In this document: positions 10,697 through 24,057 of the stretch, one piece after another
Layout: each line of letters begins with the position of its first letter
How positions within the stretch are numbered: the stretch's first letter is position 1
From: Deinococcus sp.
Lineage (GTDB): Bacteria > Deinococcota > Deinococci > Deinococcales > Deinococcaceae
Length of the DNA stretch: 64,000 nucleotides
Direction: 5' to 3'
Assembly: GCA_965261005.1 (NCBI GenBank)
Contig: OZ253375.1
Location: forward strand, 2,880,001-2,944,000
Program-made: the position numbers and the translations under genes
The notes under the pieces: model-generated
Seen by the model: only the letters and a program-made list of their open reading frames with translations
What the model was told of the DNA's origin: nothing
The model's database searches: none

Positions 10697-10985
10697 TCTC
10701 CGTATGGACGCTGCCCTGAGTGCGGGCGCAGGCGTCGTGCTGACCTTCAACCTGGCCGACTTTCCTGCTTCGGCCCTGCCGCCGTCCTTGCAGGCCATTC
10801 ACCCCGACGTGTTTCTGGCCGCCTGTCTGGAGCAGCAGCAGGCGCGCGTGCTGGACGCGCTCGGAGAATTGCGGGCCGACCTGAAAAAGCCGCCGTTAAA
10901 CCCGGACGATCTGCTGGCGGCCATGCCGCGCGCTGAACTTCCGGGGTTTGCCGAGCGGCTGCGGCCGTTCAGGAAGAGAATTTAG
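10693..10985 (+). pseudogene. Internally deleted PIN toxin gene (TA module 8)
   Basis: TTG-ATC-TCC-GTA start coupled to the antitoxin stop, then out of frame only the C-terminal AALSAGAGVVLTFNLADFP...HPDVFL...LKKPP part. Confidence 0.75.
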
Positions 10986-11098
10986 CCTGCTCCGCTCCGC
11001 CCAACCCACCGTCTGTGGCTGCGGCGGGGGCGGAAGGAGAGAGCAATCTAGACTCACCCTATTAATTTTTGCGGCGGCCGAACCAAAGATTATAAGCT

Positions 11099-11929
11099 AT
11101 GCTGCCTCTACTCGATAGGGGAAGGGGGGCAGCAGTGGAGATTGTGGCAAAAAACACATTCAATGTGAAGATGACAGGGCAGGTGCTGCCTCAAACTGTA
11201 GCTGCATCTGTTCTGGGAGACTTTATTACCCAAATCGAAAAGGCTATTCTCGCTGTAATTGGGGAAAGCCAAGAGAGCAATCCTGACTTTGCTTTAGTAA
11301 GCTTGATTGACGTGAGCGAGGGAAGTAATAGACTACATTTTGCTGCGCCACCGACTGTAATACCAGCGGTTGGAGCTATAACTAATGCCGTATTTACGGG
11401 AAACTTTAGCAGTATACCTAGAAAAGCACACGAATATTTATATGCAGCTAATAGAATATGCCACAGGCACTCATGGGGAATTGAATTCGAGGCCAACGAA
11501 TATTATGACATAAGGGGTGTAACCATTCCTCCCGGTTATTTAATACCAGAACCAAGCAAAAGTTTAATGCGCGGCACCCAATCTGTAATAGGTAGAGTCA
11601 TAAGGGCTGGAGGTGTCGAGCCTAAAGTGCATCTAAAGCAATTAGAGACAGACAAATCGTTTCACATCTCTGTTTCGGAAAGCATTGCTCGTGAATTAGC
11701 TGGGAAGCTGTACGATATTGTCGTTTTAGAATGCGAAACTTTTTGGGATACTGACACTTGGGAGATAGATGTATCCCGCATGAATGTTATTAGCGTCGCT
11801 CCTTATTATAAACCCTTGAGTCCAAGTAGAGCTTTTGAAAACTTACGTATAGCCGCTAACGGCTTTTGGGAAGGCGAAAACCCCCTAGCATATGAACACG
11901 CTACAAGAGTGGATGATGAGGACGAATGA
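11099..11929 (+). CDS. AT-rich hypothetical protein, upstream partner of PIN gene (module 9)
   Basis: Clean 276-codon ORF in AT-rich DNA; ATGA overlap with the next gene; no family recognised. Confidence 0.8.
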   Translation: MLPLLDRGRGAAVEIVAKNTFNVKMTGQVLPQTVAASVLGDFITQIEKAILAVIGESQESNPDFALVSLIDVSEGSNRLHFAAPPTVIPAVGAITNAVFTGNFSSIPRKAHEYLYAANRICHRHSWGIEFEANEYYDIRGVTIPPGYLIPEPSKSLMRGTQSVIGRVIRAGGVEPKVHLKQLETDKSFHISVSESIARELAGKLYDIVVLECETFWDTDTWEIDVSRMNVISVAPYYKPLSPSRAFENLRIAANGFWEGENPLAYEHATRVDDEDE

Positions 11930-12444
11930 TCTGCATCGATACAAACACACTGATTTTTGGAGTGCAGAGGAGATCATCACCCGAACATCAAACTCAGATA
12001 GAAGCCGCATCATATTATCTAAGAACACTCAAAAGCTCTGAGATTATACTTGTTCCCTCTCCCGTTGCCTTTGAATATGTTCAGGGCTTTCCTACAAAAT
12101 TTGAACGAGACGAAAATTTTAAAGCTCTCAGCGAAAATTTCTTTATTCCGGGTTTTGATGCTCTAACGGCACGTCTAGCTGCCGAGATATCGGCTACCTG
12201 TGGAGGACCAAAAGGGGTAAGCAAACTAACCGGTTTGCCTAAGCCAGACATTAGACTAGACATACAAATTATTGCTACTGCAATTATACACCAAGCAAGC
12301 ACTATTATTACGTTCAACGAATCCGAGTTTAACAAAATAATCAGTGCATCTGGAATGCAATCAAGGGTAAGGGCTAGATGGGTAACTTCACTCACACAAC
12401 CCTCTTTGTTTGGGCCATCCGACTCGACGGGATTGTCTAACTGA
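11926..12444 (+). CDS. AT-rich PIN-domain nuclease (module 9)
   Basis: ICIDTNTLI...VAFEY...DIQIIATAI...IITFN PIN acidic motifs. Confidence 0.88.
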   Translation: MICIDTNTLIFGVQRRSSPEHQTQIEAASYYLRTLKSSEIILVPSPVAFEYVQGFPTKFERDENFKALSENFFIPGFDALTARLAAEISATCGGPKGVSKLTGLPKPDIRLDIQIIATAIIHQASTIITFNESEFNKIISASGMQSRVRARWVTSLTQPSLFGPSDSTGLSN

Positions 12445-12446
12445 GT

Positions 12447-13333
12447 AGACCTCCTGCGAAAGTGGTGAGCTAGGGTGGGGAATGGCGCACGAACGGTACG
12501 AGCGGACGATGAAGATGAATCGCGTGCGGTTCAAACGGCGCACTGGGGTGTACCCGGAAACGTTCGAGGCCATGCGCATCGTTGTGGAGCAACGCGAGCA
12601 GACGAAGAAAAAGTCAGGCCGTCCCGCCGCCCTGAGTCCAGCCAAGCAGTTGCTGTTGACGCTGGAATTTTGGCGTGAGTACCGCAGCCAAGCCCACCTC
12701 GGCGACGATTGGGGCGTGCACGAAACCACCGTGCTGCGAACCATCGAACGGGTTGAAGCCGCCTTGCTGGCGAGCAGTCAGTTCACCTTGCCCAGTCGCC
12801 GGGCGCTGACCAGCGAAACGGTGTATAGCGCCGTGTTGGTCGATGTGTCCGAAGTGCCGTGCGAGCGACCCCAAAAAAACAGCGAGCGTGGTACAGCGGT
12901 AAGAAAAAGCGCCACACCCAGAAAATCCAGCTGATGATTGAGGCCGTTACAGGCCGCATCATGTGCGTGACAGCAGGCCAGGGCTCGACACACGACCTCA
13001 CGCTGCTGCGCGACTCGGGTGCCCGACTGCACCCGGAAACCGCGCTGATCGCCGACGCCGGGTATCAGGGCGTGAAGCGTGATCATGCTCACTCGCTGAC
13101 ACCGCACAAAGCCACCAAGCGCGCCCCGCTCACTTCTGAGCAACGGTACGAGAACCGCGTGCTGGCGCACTTCCGTCAAAAAATCGAACATGTCATCCGA
13201 CGGCTCAAGATCTTCCGGGTGCTCAAGGAGACGTACCGCCACCGAAGAAGGCGCTTTGGGCTGCGCCTGCATCTCCTCGCCGCACTCGTCAACCTGACCC
13301 TGGACGTCAAATCATGACTTTCGCAGGAGGTCT
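12447..13333 (+). mobile_element. IS5-family element, copy 1
   Basis: 17-bp TIR AGACCTCCTGCGAAAGT/ACTTTCGCAGGAGGTCT; AGT target duplication; two-ORF transposase. Confidence 0.92.
12482..13317 (+). CDS. IS5-family transposase, -1 frameshift at A7 (12873-12879)
   Basis: HTH ORF A plus DDE ORF B (YSGKKKRHT, HDL, ADAGYQG, IEHVIRRLK.F). Confidence 0.9.
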
Positions 13334-13745
13334 AGTGGTATCTGATTAGCGCCTGAGGTTCATCAAAACGGCTACGGGATCCTGCCCACGCAGGCGAGCG
13401 GTTTCAATGACGCTCTTGATGCGGGTGTAGCTGGTGGCGCCCACAGCGTTCTTGCTGCACTGCGACACCTTTCTCGCCATGACGACGCTACGCAACGCTC
13501 GTTCTGCGGCGTTGTTGGTGGGTGGAAGGTCCGGATCACTCAGGAACAGCAACAGGCGGCCTCGCCCATGCTGTTCGAGCAGTCCCCGTCGCAAGCGTTC
13601 GTTGTCCCTCGACTTCAGCGGCCTGCGGTTCAGCAAGTGCCCTAGTCGCTCCGTCAGTGGCTCACCTTGCCGTGCGTATTCCTGCCGAGTCACCAGCCCC
13701 TGGTGATAGGCAGCGTGCAGCCGAATCCCGTCCCTGAACAGTTGA

Positions 13746-14934
13746 CTGACATATTGCAGTTTAAGGAGCGTGGGTAGGGATGGCGTCTTGAGCGGCGTCG
13801 AGGTCAGCGAGTTCGAGGAGCAGGGCGGCACGGCGCACGTCGGCGAGCAGGGTGAGCCGCAGGGCTTTGGCCAGTTCACCCCAATCCGGCCACTCGCCAG
13901 GTGGCCGTGGTGGCAAGTCGAGATCGGCCAAGTGACACAGCAGGAAGGCCAAGGTCGAGAGGCACCAAAAGCGGAAGGCGCCCTGTTTGCTGTGCTGGGC
14001 AAAGCGTTCCAAACCGAAACGGCCTTTGATGGTTTTGAAGAACGCCTCGATCTTCCAGCGACGTTTGCCTACACGGGCCAGGTAGACACCGCCCAGTTTG
14101 CAGCTGGACATCACGAAACGCTGTTCGGGCTGCGTGTTGCGGTACAGCCAAACCCAAGAGACGGTCATGTGCTGACGCAGTCCTTGAGGGGTGACGGTCG
14201 AGCCACGCACGGTGAGGTCGGCGACGGTGCGGCCATCTGCGAGCTTGCGGTTTTTGCGCACGCCCACGATCAGATCGAACCCAACGTCGAGGACACCGTG
14301 GATGAAGGTGGCACACTCGAAGCCGCCGTCGGCATGCACGCGCGCCTTTCGACCGCTGCTGAGCAACCCCTTGGGAACGCTGCGGAGCAGTTTAAGGGCC
14401 AGCACGGCGGGTGAGGGGGTGCCTTTACCGCGCCAGACCTGGACGGCCCAGGGCAAGCGGAGCGGACCACAGCAGAGGTAGAGGACGACCAGATGAACGC
14501 CGTGGACGCCGTTGTAGACGTGCATCCAGTCATCCAACTGCTCAAAGTGGCCGGTCTTTTCCAAGCTGGTGAGGTCGATCAAGAGTTCGAGGCGGGGACG
14601 CTGGTGGGGAGCTGAGCGCCAGAAGTCGAGGAGCGTTTGCTGAGCGTGGTGACGCAGGGCGCGAACGAGGGAGCGGGTGGACCAGCCGTAGTGGTTGAGA
14701 AACCGGCTGATGGCAGCGGGAGACTTGACGGTGGCTTGACTGGGGAATGGTCGGCCCTTGGCTTCGAGGAGCAAGTCGAGGAAGACGCGCAACGAGTCGC
14801 GGTGCTGCTTACGAGCGAAGCTCTTGAGGATGTCAGAATAGAGTTGTCTGGAACGTGCTTCTTTTGGATTCACACCCCAGCTTGGGGCCAAAACCGCGTT
14901 CCAGACAACCCCTATGAAATCTGCAACATGTCAG
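13746..14934 (-). mobile_element. IS701/IS4-like element nested in IS66
   Basis: TIR CTGACATATTGCAG/CTGCAACATGTCAG; TTGA target duplication (13742-13745, 14935-14938). Confidence 0.88.
13761..14891 (-). CDS. IS701-like DDE transposase
   Basis: IDLTSLEKTG, ADGGF, RRWKIEAFFKTIKGRFGL; true start may be GTG at 14873. Confidence 0.85.
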   Translation of the reverse strand: MAPSWGVNPKEARSRQLYSDILKSFARKQHRDSLRVFLDLLLEAKGRPFPSQATVKSPAAISRFLNHYGWSTRSLVRALRHHAQQTLLDFWRSAPHQRPRLELLIDLTSLEKTGHFEQLDDWMHVYNGVHGVHLVVLYLCCGPLRLPWAVQVWRGKGTPSPAVLALKLLRSVPKGLLSSGRKARVHADGGFECATFIHGVLDVGFDLIVGVRKNRKLADGRTVADLTVRGSTVTPQGLRQHMTVSWVWLYRNTQPEQRFVMSSCKLGGVYLARVGKRRWKIEAFFKTIKGRFGLERFAQHSKQGAFRFWCLSTLAFLLCHLADLDLPPRPPGEWPDWGELAKALRLTLLADVRRAALLLELADLDAAQDAIPTHAP

Positions 14935-15990
14935 TTGAGCGAGCCGCTGTCCATACAGCTCTCCTCGACCTGGCCGTTGTTTGGCTTGCTCAGCAGTCTG
15001 GTCAGCATTGCGGATCAGGTGCGCCAGACACTTCTGCTGCTGCACCCCGTCCAAGAGGCGGCTGTCATACACCTTGAAACGGTCCGTCACCAGCGTTCCC
15101 GCAAACGCATTCCCCAACACAGCCCGCAGTTCTGCGTTCCCGTGCTTGCGGTTGACCCGGAACAGCACGCTGTCTTCTGAGCGGAAGGTGCTGATCCACG
15201 CCGGGCTGGCGTTCATCCGCCAGCCCGTGTCGTCATGGTGGACATACGCGGCAGCTCGCAGTTCTGCTGCAAGCGCTTCGACCTGCACAGCCAAAGGACC
15301 ACCATCTTCTGCCAGTCGCATAGCGGCCTGGTTGATGGCCCCTTGCGTCACACGGATGCCCGTGGTCAGGTGCAGCACGCGGGGCAAACGGCGTTCCGGG
15401 ATGCCCTGCTCATGGCGCAAGGTCTGGATCACCGCCTCAAGGCGTGCCCCGTAACGATGGGCGGTGGCCCCACACTGATCTGAAGCGAGGTCAGCGTGTT
15501 GACCACGCACCGACTGTCCGCAGACCGGGCAGACCATCACCGGCACGTGGTACGCCGTCACCTGCATGGCCTGCTCGGGCGCCAAGTCGGTGATCCAGGC
15601 TTTGTCCATCCGCTTGAACAGCAACTCGCCCGTGTACCCGCACTTGGCACAACTGTTGGGGGGAGCAACCTGGATCACCGCCTGCACCGACTCAGGTTCG
15701 GGCGGGACTTTGTATGTGAACGTCCCGACGCCAGCTCGGCGCCCGGACGGCTGAGCATCCGCTTTGCGCACCTCGCGGCTGTGTGGCGCGACGTACTTCT
15801 TTCCCTTGCGCTCCAACGCTTCGATACGCTTCCTGAGTCGGGTGTTCTCGACCTGAAGCTGCTCGATCTGCTCGCTTTGCCGACGGAGCACCTCAAGCAC
15901 GTCTCGCTCCGTCAGTTCCCCAGCCATGCCCTGACTCTAGCCCATCTGACCCTTCTCGCGTCATTGCCGGCTCAGCCGACGGATACACCG

Positions 15991-19089
<3,099 letters not shown>

Positions 19090-19121
19090 TCCGAGGGAGG
19101 AGCATAACACGAGGGGGAGAT

Positions 19122-19135
19122 TGAAAAGTTATGCA
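19122..19135. promoter_or_regulatory. ARG-box-like site upstream of carB
   Basis: TGAAAAGTTATGCA resembles TG(A/C)ATA-N3-AT(T/G)CA. Confidence 0.5.
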
Positions 19136-19145
19136 CTAAGCTTTC

Positions 19146-19166
19146 TGTACAACTTTTATGTACAAT
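19146..19166 (+). promoter_or_regulatory. yefM-yoeB operator/promoter
   Basis: Two TGTACA palindromes (19146, 19159), the known YefM operator core; the second overlaps a TACAAT -10 box 6 nt before ATG. Confidence 0.8.
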
Positions 19167-19172
19167 AGAGAC

Positions 19173-19478
19173 ATGATTGAACGCAGCTACAGCCAGGCCC
19201 GCGCGGAACTCGCCAGCTTGATGGACAAGGCGGTGGATGACCGCGAGACCGTCATCATCGAGCGCCGGGGCCGTCCGGCCGTCGCCTTGATCGCCGCCGA
19301 CGAGCTGCGCAGCATGGAGGAAACCCTGCACCTGCTGCGCAGCCCGGCCAACGCCGCGCGGCTGCTGGCCGCCCTGGGGCGGGCCGAGCGGGGCGAGGGC
19401 GTCAGGATGACCGTCAAGGAACTGCGCCAGAAGTTTGACCTGACGGAAACAGATGAGCCAGCGCCAGGCCGTCCTTGA
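19173..19478 (+). CDS. yefM: YefM/Phd antitoxin
   Basis: SYSQARAELASLMDKAVDD...EETLHLLRSPANAARL. Confidence 0.95.
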   Translation: MIERSYSQARAELASLMDKAVDDRETVIIERRGRPAVALIAADELRSMEETLHLLRSPANAARLLAALGRAERGEGVRMTVKELRQKFDLTETDEPAPGRP

Positions 19479-19716
19479 CCCGGACTTTTTGACCGACCTC
19501 GCCTACTGGGTCGCTACTGACCGCAAGACCGCCCTGCGCTTGCTGAGGATCGTGGACGAGACCTACCGCTCTCCCTTTGAGGGTATCGGCAAGCCCGAAC
19601 CGCTCAAGAACCTCGGCCCTGACGTCTGGTCGCGCCGCCTCATGGCCGAGCATCGCGTGGTGTACCGGGTCAGGAGCGAAGAGGTGTATTTTTTGCAGGC
19701 GCGCTATCATTACTAA
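19453..19716 (+). CDS. yoeB: Txe/YoeB toxin
   Basis: DLAYW...PFEGIGKPEPLK...WSRRL..EHRVVY...QARYHY. Confidence 0.96.
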   Translation: MSQRQAVLDPDFLTDLAYWVATDRKTALRLLRIVDETYRSPFEGIGKPEPLKNLGPDVWSRRLMAEHRVVYRVRSEEVYFLQARYHY

Positions 19717-19751
19717 TGTGGCTATACTAATGACCACTTAGGAGGTGTCTG

Positions 19752-20027
19752 ATGACCGTTATGGACGAGACCGCTCTTCCTGCCGTTACGCACGTGGGTG
19801 TGAAGGAATTTCGGGACAAGGCCACGCAGTTGCTGGCCCGCGAGCAGCCGTTCGTTATCGAGCGTCACGGGAAGGCGATTGGGTACTACGTGCCCATCAA
19901 AAAGAAGGACAAGCGCAAGGCGAGAGAAGCGCTCGACCGCTTGGATGAAACCATGCGCCGCACCGCCGATGAGGCGGGCATGACCGTGGCCGAACTCGAA
20001 AACCTGCTGGTCGGAGATTTGCCTTGA
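19752..20027 (+). CDS. Phd-like antitoxin
   Basis: VGVKEFRDKATQLL...FVIERHGKAIGYYVP. Confidence 0.85.
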   Translation: MTVMDETALPAVTHVGVKEFRDKATQLLAREQPFVIERHGKAIGYYVPIKKKDKRKAREALDRLDETMRRTADEAGMTVAELENLLVGDLP

Positions 20028-20512
20028 CGGGAGCGATCAGCGCCCTGATGCCAAAACGTCTGATCGTGGACGCCAACGTACTGCTCGCGGAATGTATGCG
20101 CTCGCGTGGGCGGCGCCGGCTCTACGAGATGGACCCCGAGCTTCTGACCACCGAGCGTGTCCAAAGCGAGTTTCGGCACGAGTTGGAACGGCGGCTCGAC
20201 GGCGTACGTGTCCAAGGTCGCTTGTCGTCAGAAGCTTTGGAGAGCTTACGTTCGGACGCCTTGGCGGCCTACGAGCAGAATGTTTCGGTGGTTTTGAAGG
20301 AGGGCTACGCTCATTTTGAGGACGCCGCCCTCATTTGTGTTCCCCAGGACCCCGACGACGTGCCCACCGCCGCCCTCGCCCTCGCCCTGAACGCGGGCGT
20401 CTGGACCGAGGACCGCCACTTCTGGGGGTGCGGCCTGCCGGTATGGCGAACGGATGTGCTGTACGCGGCGCTCGATCAAGACGCTGTCCTCGGCCAAGAC
20501 AACACGCCTTGA
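20024..20512 (+). CDS. PIN-domain toxin
   Basis: LIVDANVLLAE...DPDDVPTAALALAL...VWTED.HF; TTGA coupling. Confidence 0.88.
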   Translation: MTGAISALMPKRLIVDANVLLAECMRSRGRRRLYEMDPELLTTERVQSEFRHELERRLDGVRVQGRLSSEALESLRSDALAAYEQNVSVVLKEGYAHFEDAALICVPQDPDDVPTAALALALNAGVWTEDRHFWGCGLPVWRTDVLYAALDQDAVLGQDNTP

Positions 20513-20536
20513 CCTCTCCTTATGCACTTGCTACCC

Positions 20537-20570
20537 TTGCATAGAAATACGCTTTTTGCGTATATTCAAT
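20537..20570. promoter_or_regulatory. ARG-box-like sites and promoter region of argG
   Basis: TTGCATAGAAATAC and GCGTATATTCAAT upstream of the arg cluster. Confidence 0.5.
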
Positions 20571-20672
20571 CAGATGCCCAACCTTTCCCCCCGACGCTGA
20601 CGCCACGCTCCAGTCTCTCGACTTGGGGCGGCGTTTCACGTCGGGGTATTGACTGTCACCAAGGAGTGTCCC

Positions 20673-21881
<1,209 letters not shown>

Positions 21882-21909
21882 CCTGAACACGTCCAGACGA
21901 AGCGCTTGG

Positions 21910-22134
21910 ATGTGCCTGCTGACGGTCGCCTTTGTCCTTAAGGCGCCTGCCACACGACAAGGCGCCTTCGAGACGGTGCGGCTCGCCGTCAGCCTCTACA
22001 ATCTGGCGGTGATCCCCTTCTACCAGCGGCTCGGCTACCAAGTGAATTCTGACGCCGTGTACACGCACGCCAGCGCCAGCAGCCCGGCGCCGGTCGTGAT
22101 GACCAAGCCGGTGCGGCGGGAGGTGGGGGCGTGA
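21910..22134 (+). pseudogene. C-terminal fragment of a GNAT acetyltransferase
   Basis: GAFETVRLAVSLYN...PFYQRLGY (GNAT motif B) without the N-terminal half or acetyl-CoA loop. Confidence 0.65.
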
Positions 22135-23525
22135 GAGAGGTCTCTAAAAAGCTCTGGGGCGGGCGCTTCTCGGGGGCGACCGACGAGCTGGCCGAGCAAT
22201 TCAATGCCAGCGTCACCTTCGACGCGCGCCTCGCCGTGTACGACATTCGCGGCAGCCTCGCGCACGTCGCCATGTTGGGCGAGAAGGACATTCTCACGGG
22301 GGAAGAGGTTGGGCAGATCGAGTCCGGGCTGCGCGACATTCTGGCCGAAGTCGAGGCCGGCACCTTCGGGTGGCGCCAGGACCGCGAGGACGTGCACATG
22401 AACGTCGAGGCGGCCCTGGCGGAGCGCATCGGGCCGGTGGCGGGCAAGCTGCACACCGCGCGCAGCCGCAACGACCAGGTGGCGACCGACTTCCGGCTGT
22501 GGACCCTCGACGCCTGTACCGAGCTGGCCGGCGCGCTGCGCCAATTGCGCGGCGTGCTGATCGCCGAGGCGGAGAAGTACCTCCCCGCCGAGGTCATCAT
22601 GCCGGGCTACACCCACCTCCAGGTCGCCCAGCCGGTGCTGCTGTCGCACTGGTTCCTGGCCTACGCCGAGATGATTGAGCGCGACGAGGGTCGCCTGCGC
22701 GACGCGGGCGAGCGTATGGACGAAAGCCCGCTCGGCTCGGGCGCGCTGGCCGGCACCCCTTGGCCGATTGACCGCTTCGCGACGGCCCACGCCCTCGGCT
22801 TTGCCCGGCCGACCCGCAACAGCTTGGATGCGGTGGGAAGCCGCGACTTCGCGCTGGAGTTCCTGAGCGCTTGCGCCGTCGCCATGACCCACCTGTCGCG
22901 CCTGTCCGAGGAGCTGATCCTGTTTTCCAGCTTCGAGTTCGGCTTCCTCACCTTGCCCGACAGCCACACCACCGGCAGTTCCATCATGCCGCAGAAGAAA
23001 AACCCCGACGTGTGCGAGCTGGCGCGCGGCAAGGCGGGGCGGGTCTTCGGCGACCTGCTGGGCCTGCTGACCGTCGTGAAGGGCCTGCCGCTCGCCTACA
23101 ACAAGGACTTGCAGGAGGACAAGGAGCCGGTCTTCGACGCCTTCGACACCCTGAACGTGATTCTCAGGCTGTATGCCGACATGCTGCCGAAAATCGAGTG
23201 GCACGAACTCAAACTCCTGGCGGCGGCCCAGCGCGGCTACAGCACCGCCACCGACCTCGCCGATTTGCTGGCGCGCTCGGGGGTGCCCTTTCGCGAGGCG
23301 CACGAGGTCGTGGGCGCTTTGGTCGCCAAGTGTATCCGGGAAGGCAAGCGGCTGTGGGACCTGAGCGGGGAGGAATTGGCGGCGGCCCACCCGAACTTGG
23401 CCGGGGTCACGCCCGATCAACTGACCGTGCAGGCCAGCGTAAAGTCCCGCACCGTCTATGGCGGCACCGCGCCGGAGGCGGTGCGCGAGCTGCTGGGCCG
23501 CGCCAAGCGGAGACTGGAGTTCTGA
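22131..23525 (+). CDS. argH: Argininosuccinate lyase
   Basis: LWGGRF, HTARSRNDQVATD, TGSSIMPQKKNPD. Confidence 0.98.
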   Translation: MREVSKKLWGGRFSGATDELAEQFNASVTFDARLAVYDIRGSLAHVAMLGEKDILTGEEVGQIESGLRDILAEVEAGTFGWRQDREDVHMNVEAALAERIGPVAGKLHTARSRNDQVATDFRLWTLDACTELAGALRQLRGVLIAEAEKYLPAEVIMPGYTHLQVAQPVLLSHWFLAYAEMIERDEGRLRDAGERMDESPLGSGALAGTPWPIDRFATAHALGFARPTRNSLDAVGSRDFALEFLSACAVAMTHLSRLSEELILFSSFEFGFLTLPDSHTTGSSIMPQKKNPDVCELARGKAGRVFGDLLGLLTVVKGLPLAYNKDLQEDKEPVFDAFDTLNVILRLYADMLPKIEWHELKLLAAAQRGYSTATDLADLLARSGVPFREAHEVVGALVAKCIREGKRLWDLSGEELAAAHPNLAGVTPDQLTVQASVKSRTVYGGTAPEAVRELLGRAKRRLEF

Positions 23526-24047
23526 ATGCTGGCCCTCGATTCCATCGCCGTTCCCGATTTGCACCCCCAGGCGCCCGTCACCGCCCGCAAGGCCCGCCTG
23601 AGCGACGTGGACGCCCTGCACGAGTTGATCGGCTACTGGGCGGCGCGCGGCCAGATGCTGGTGAGAAGCAAGAACCTCTTGGCCGAGAGCATTCGCGACT
23701 TCACCGTGCTGGAGGCGGGGGCTTATTCAGGCCAGCCCGGCGGCTTGGCCGGCGTGTGCGGTCTGCACCTGCTCGGCTCCGACCTGGCCGAGGTGCGCGG
23801 CTTGGCGATTCACCCGGCCTTTCAGGGGCGCGGCCTGGGCAAACAGCTGGTCCTGGCCTGCGAGCGCGAGGCGAGCGAATTGGCCCTGCCCGCACTGTTC
23901 GCCTGGACCTACCAGCAGAAGTTCTTCGAGAGCTGCGGTTTCACGCGCATGGACAAGACGAATTTGCACCCGAAGGTCTGGAGCGAGTGCCAGCGCTGCC
24001 CCTTTTTCGAGAACTGCAACGAGATCGCGATGGAGAAGAAGTTGTGA
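23526..24047 (+). CDS. argA: Short GNAT N-acetyltransferase, probable amino-acid N-acetyltransferase
   Basis: [27 protein letters not shown]...CNEIAM; position between argH and carA. Confidence 0.75.
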   Translation: MLALDSIAVPDLHPQAPVTARKARLSDVDALHELIGYWAARGQMLVRSKNLLAESIRDFTVLEAGAYSGQPGGLAGVCGLHLLGSDLAEVRGLAIHPAFQGRGLGKQLVLACEREASELALPALFAWTYQQKFFESCGFTRMDKTNLHPKVWSECQRCPFFENCNEIAMEKKL

Positions 24048-24057
24048 GGAGGTCCCT

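Larger units (their letters stand above)
13346..15927 (-). pseudogene. IS66-family transposase split by an IS701-like insertion
   Basis: HHDDTGWR, QQKCLAHLIR and PPTNNAAERALRS; halves rejoin in frame (QRLAQ|LFRDG) when 13746-14938 is removed. Confidence 0.9.

Noticed and set aside
9112..11025. CRISPR array from the repeated ~30-bp motif
   Set aside because: Copies are degenerate, 0.8-1.1 kb apart and separated by genes; no cas genes.
4795..12444. Integron cassette array
   Set aside because: No integrase, and the junction repeats lack the RYYYAAC...GTTRRRY palindromic attC structure.
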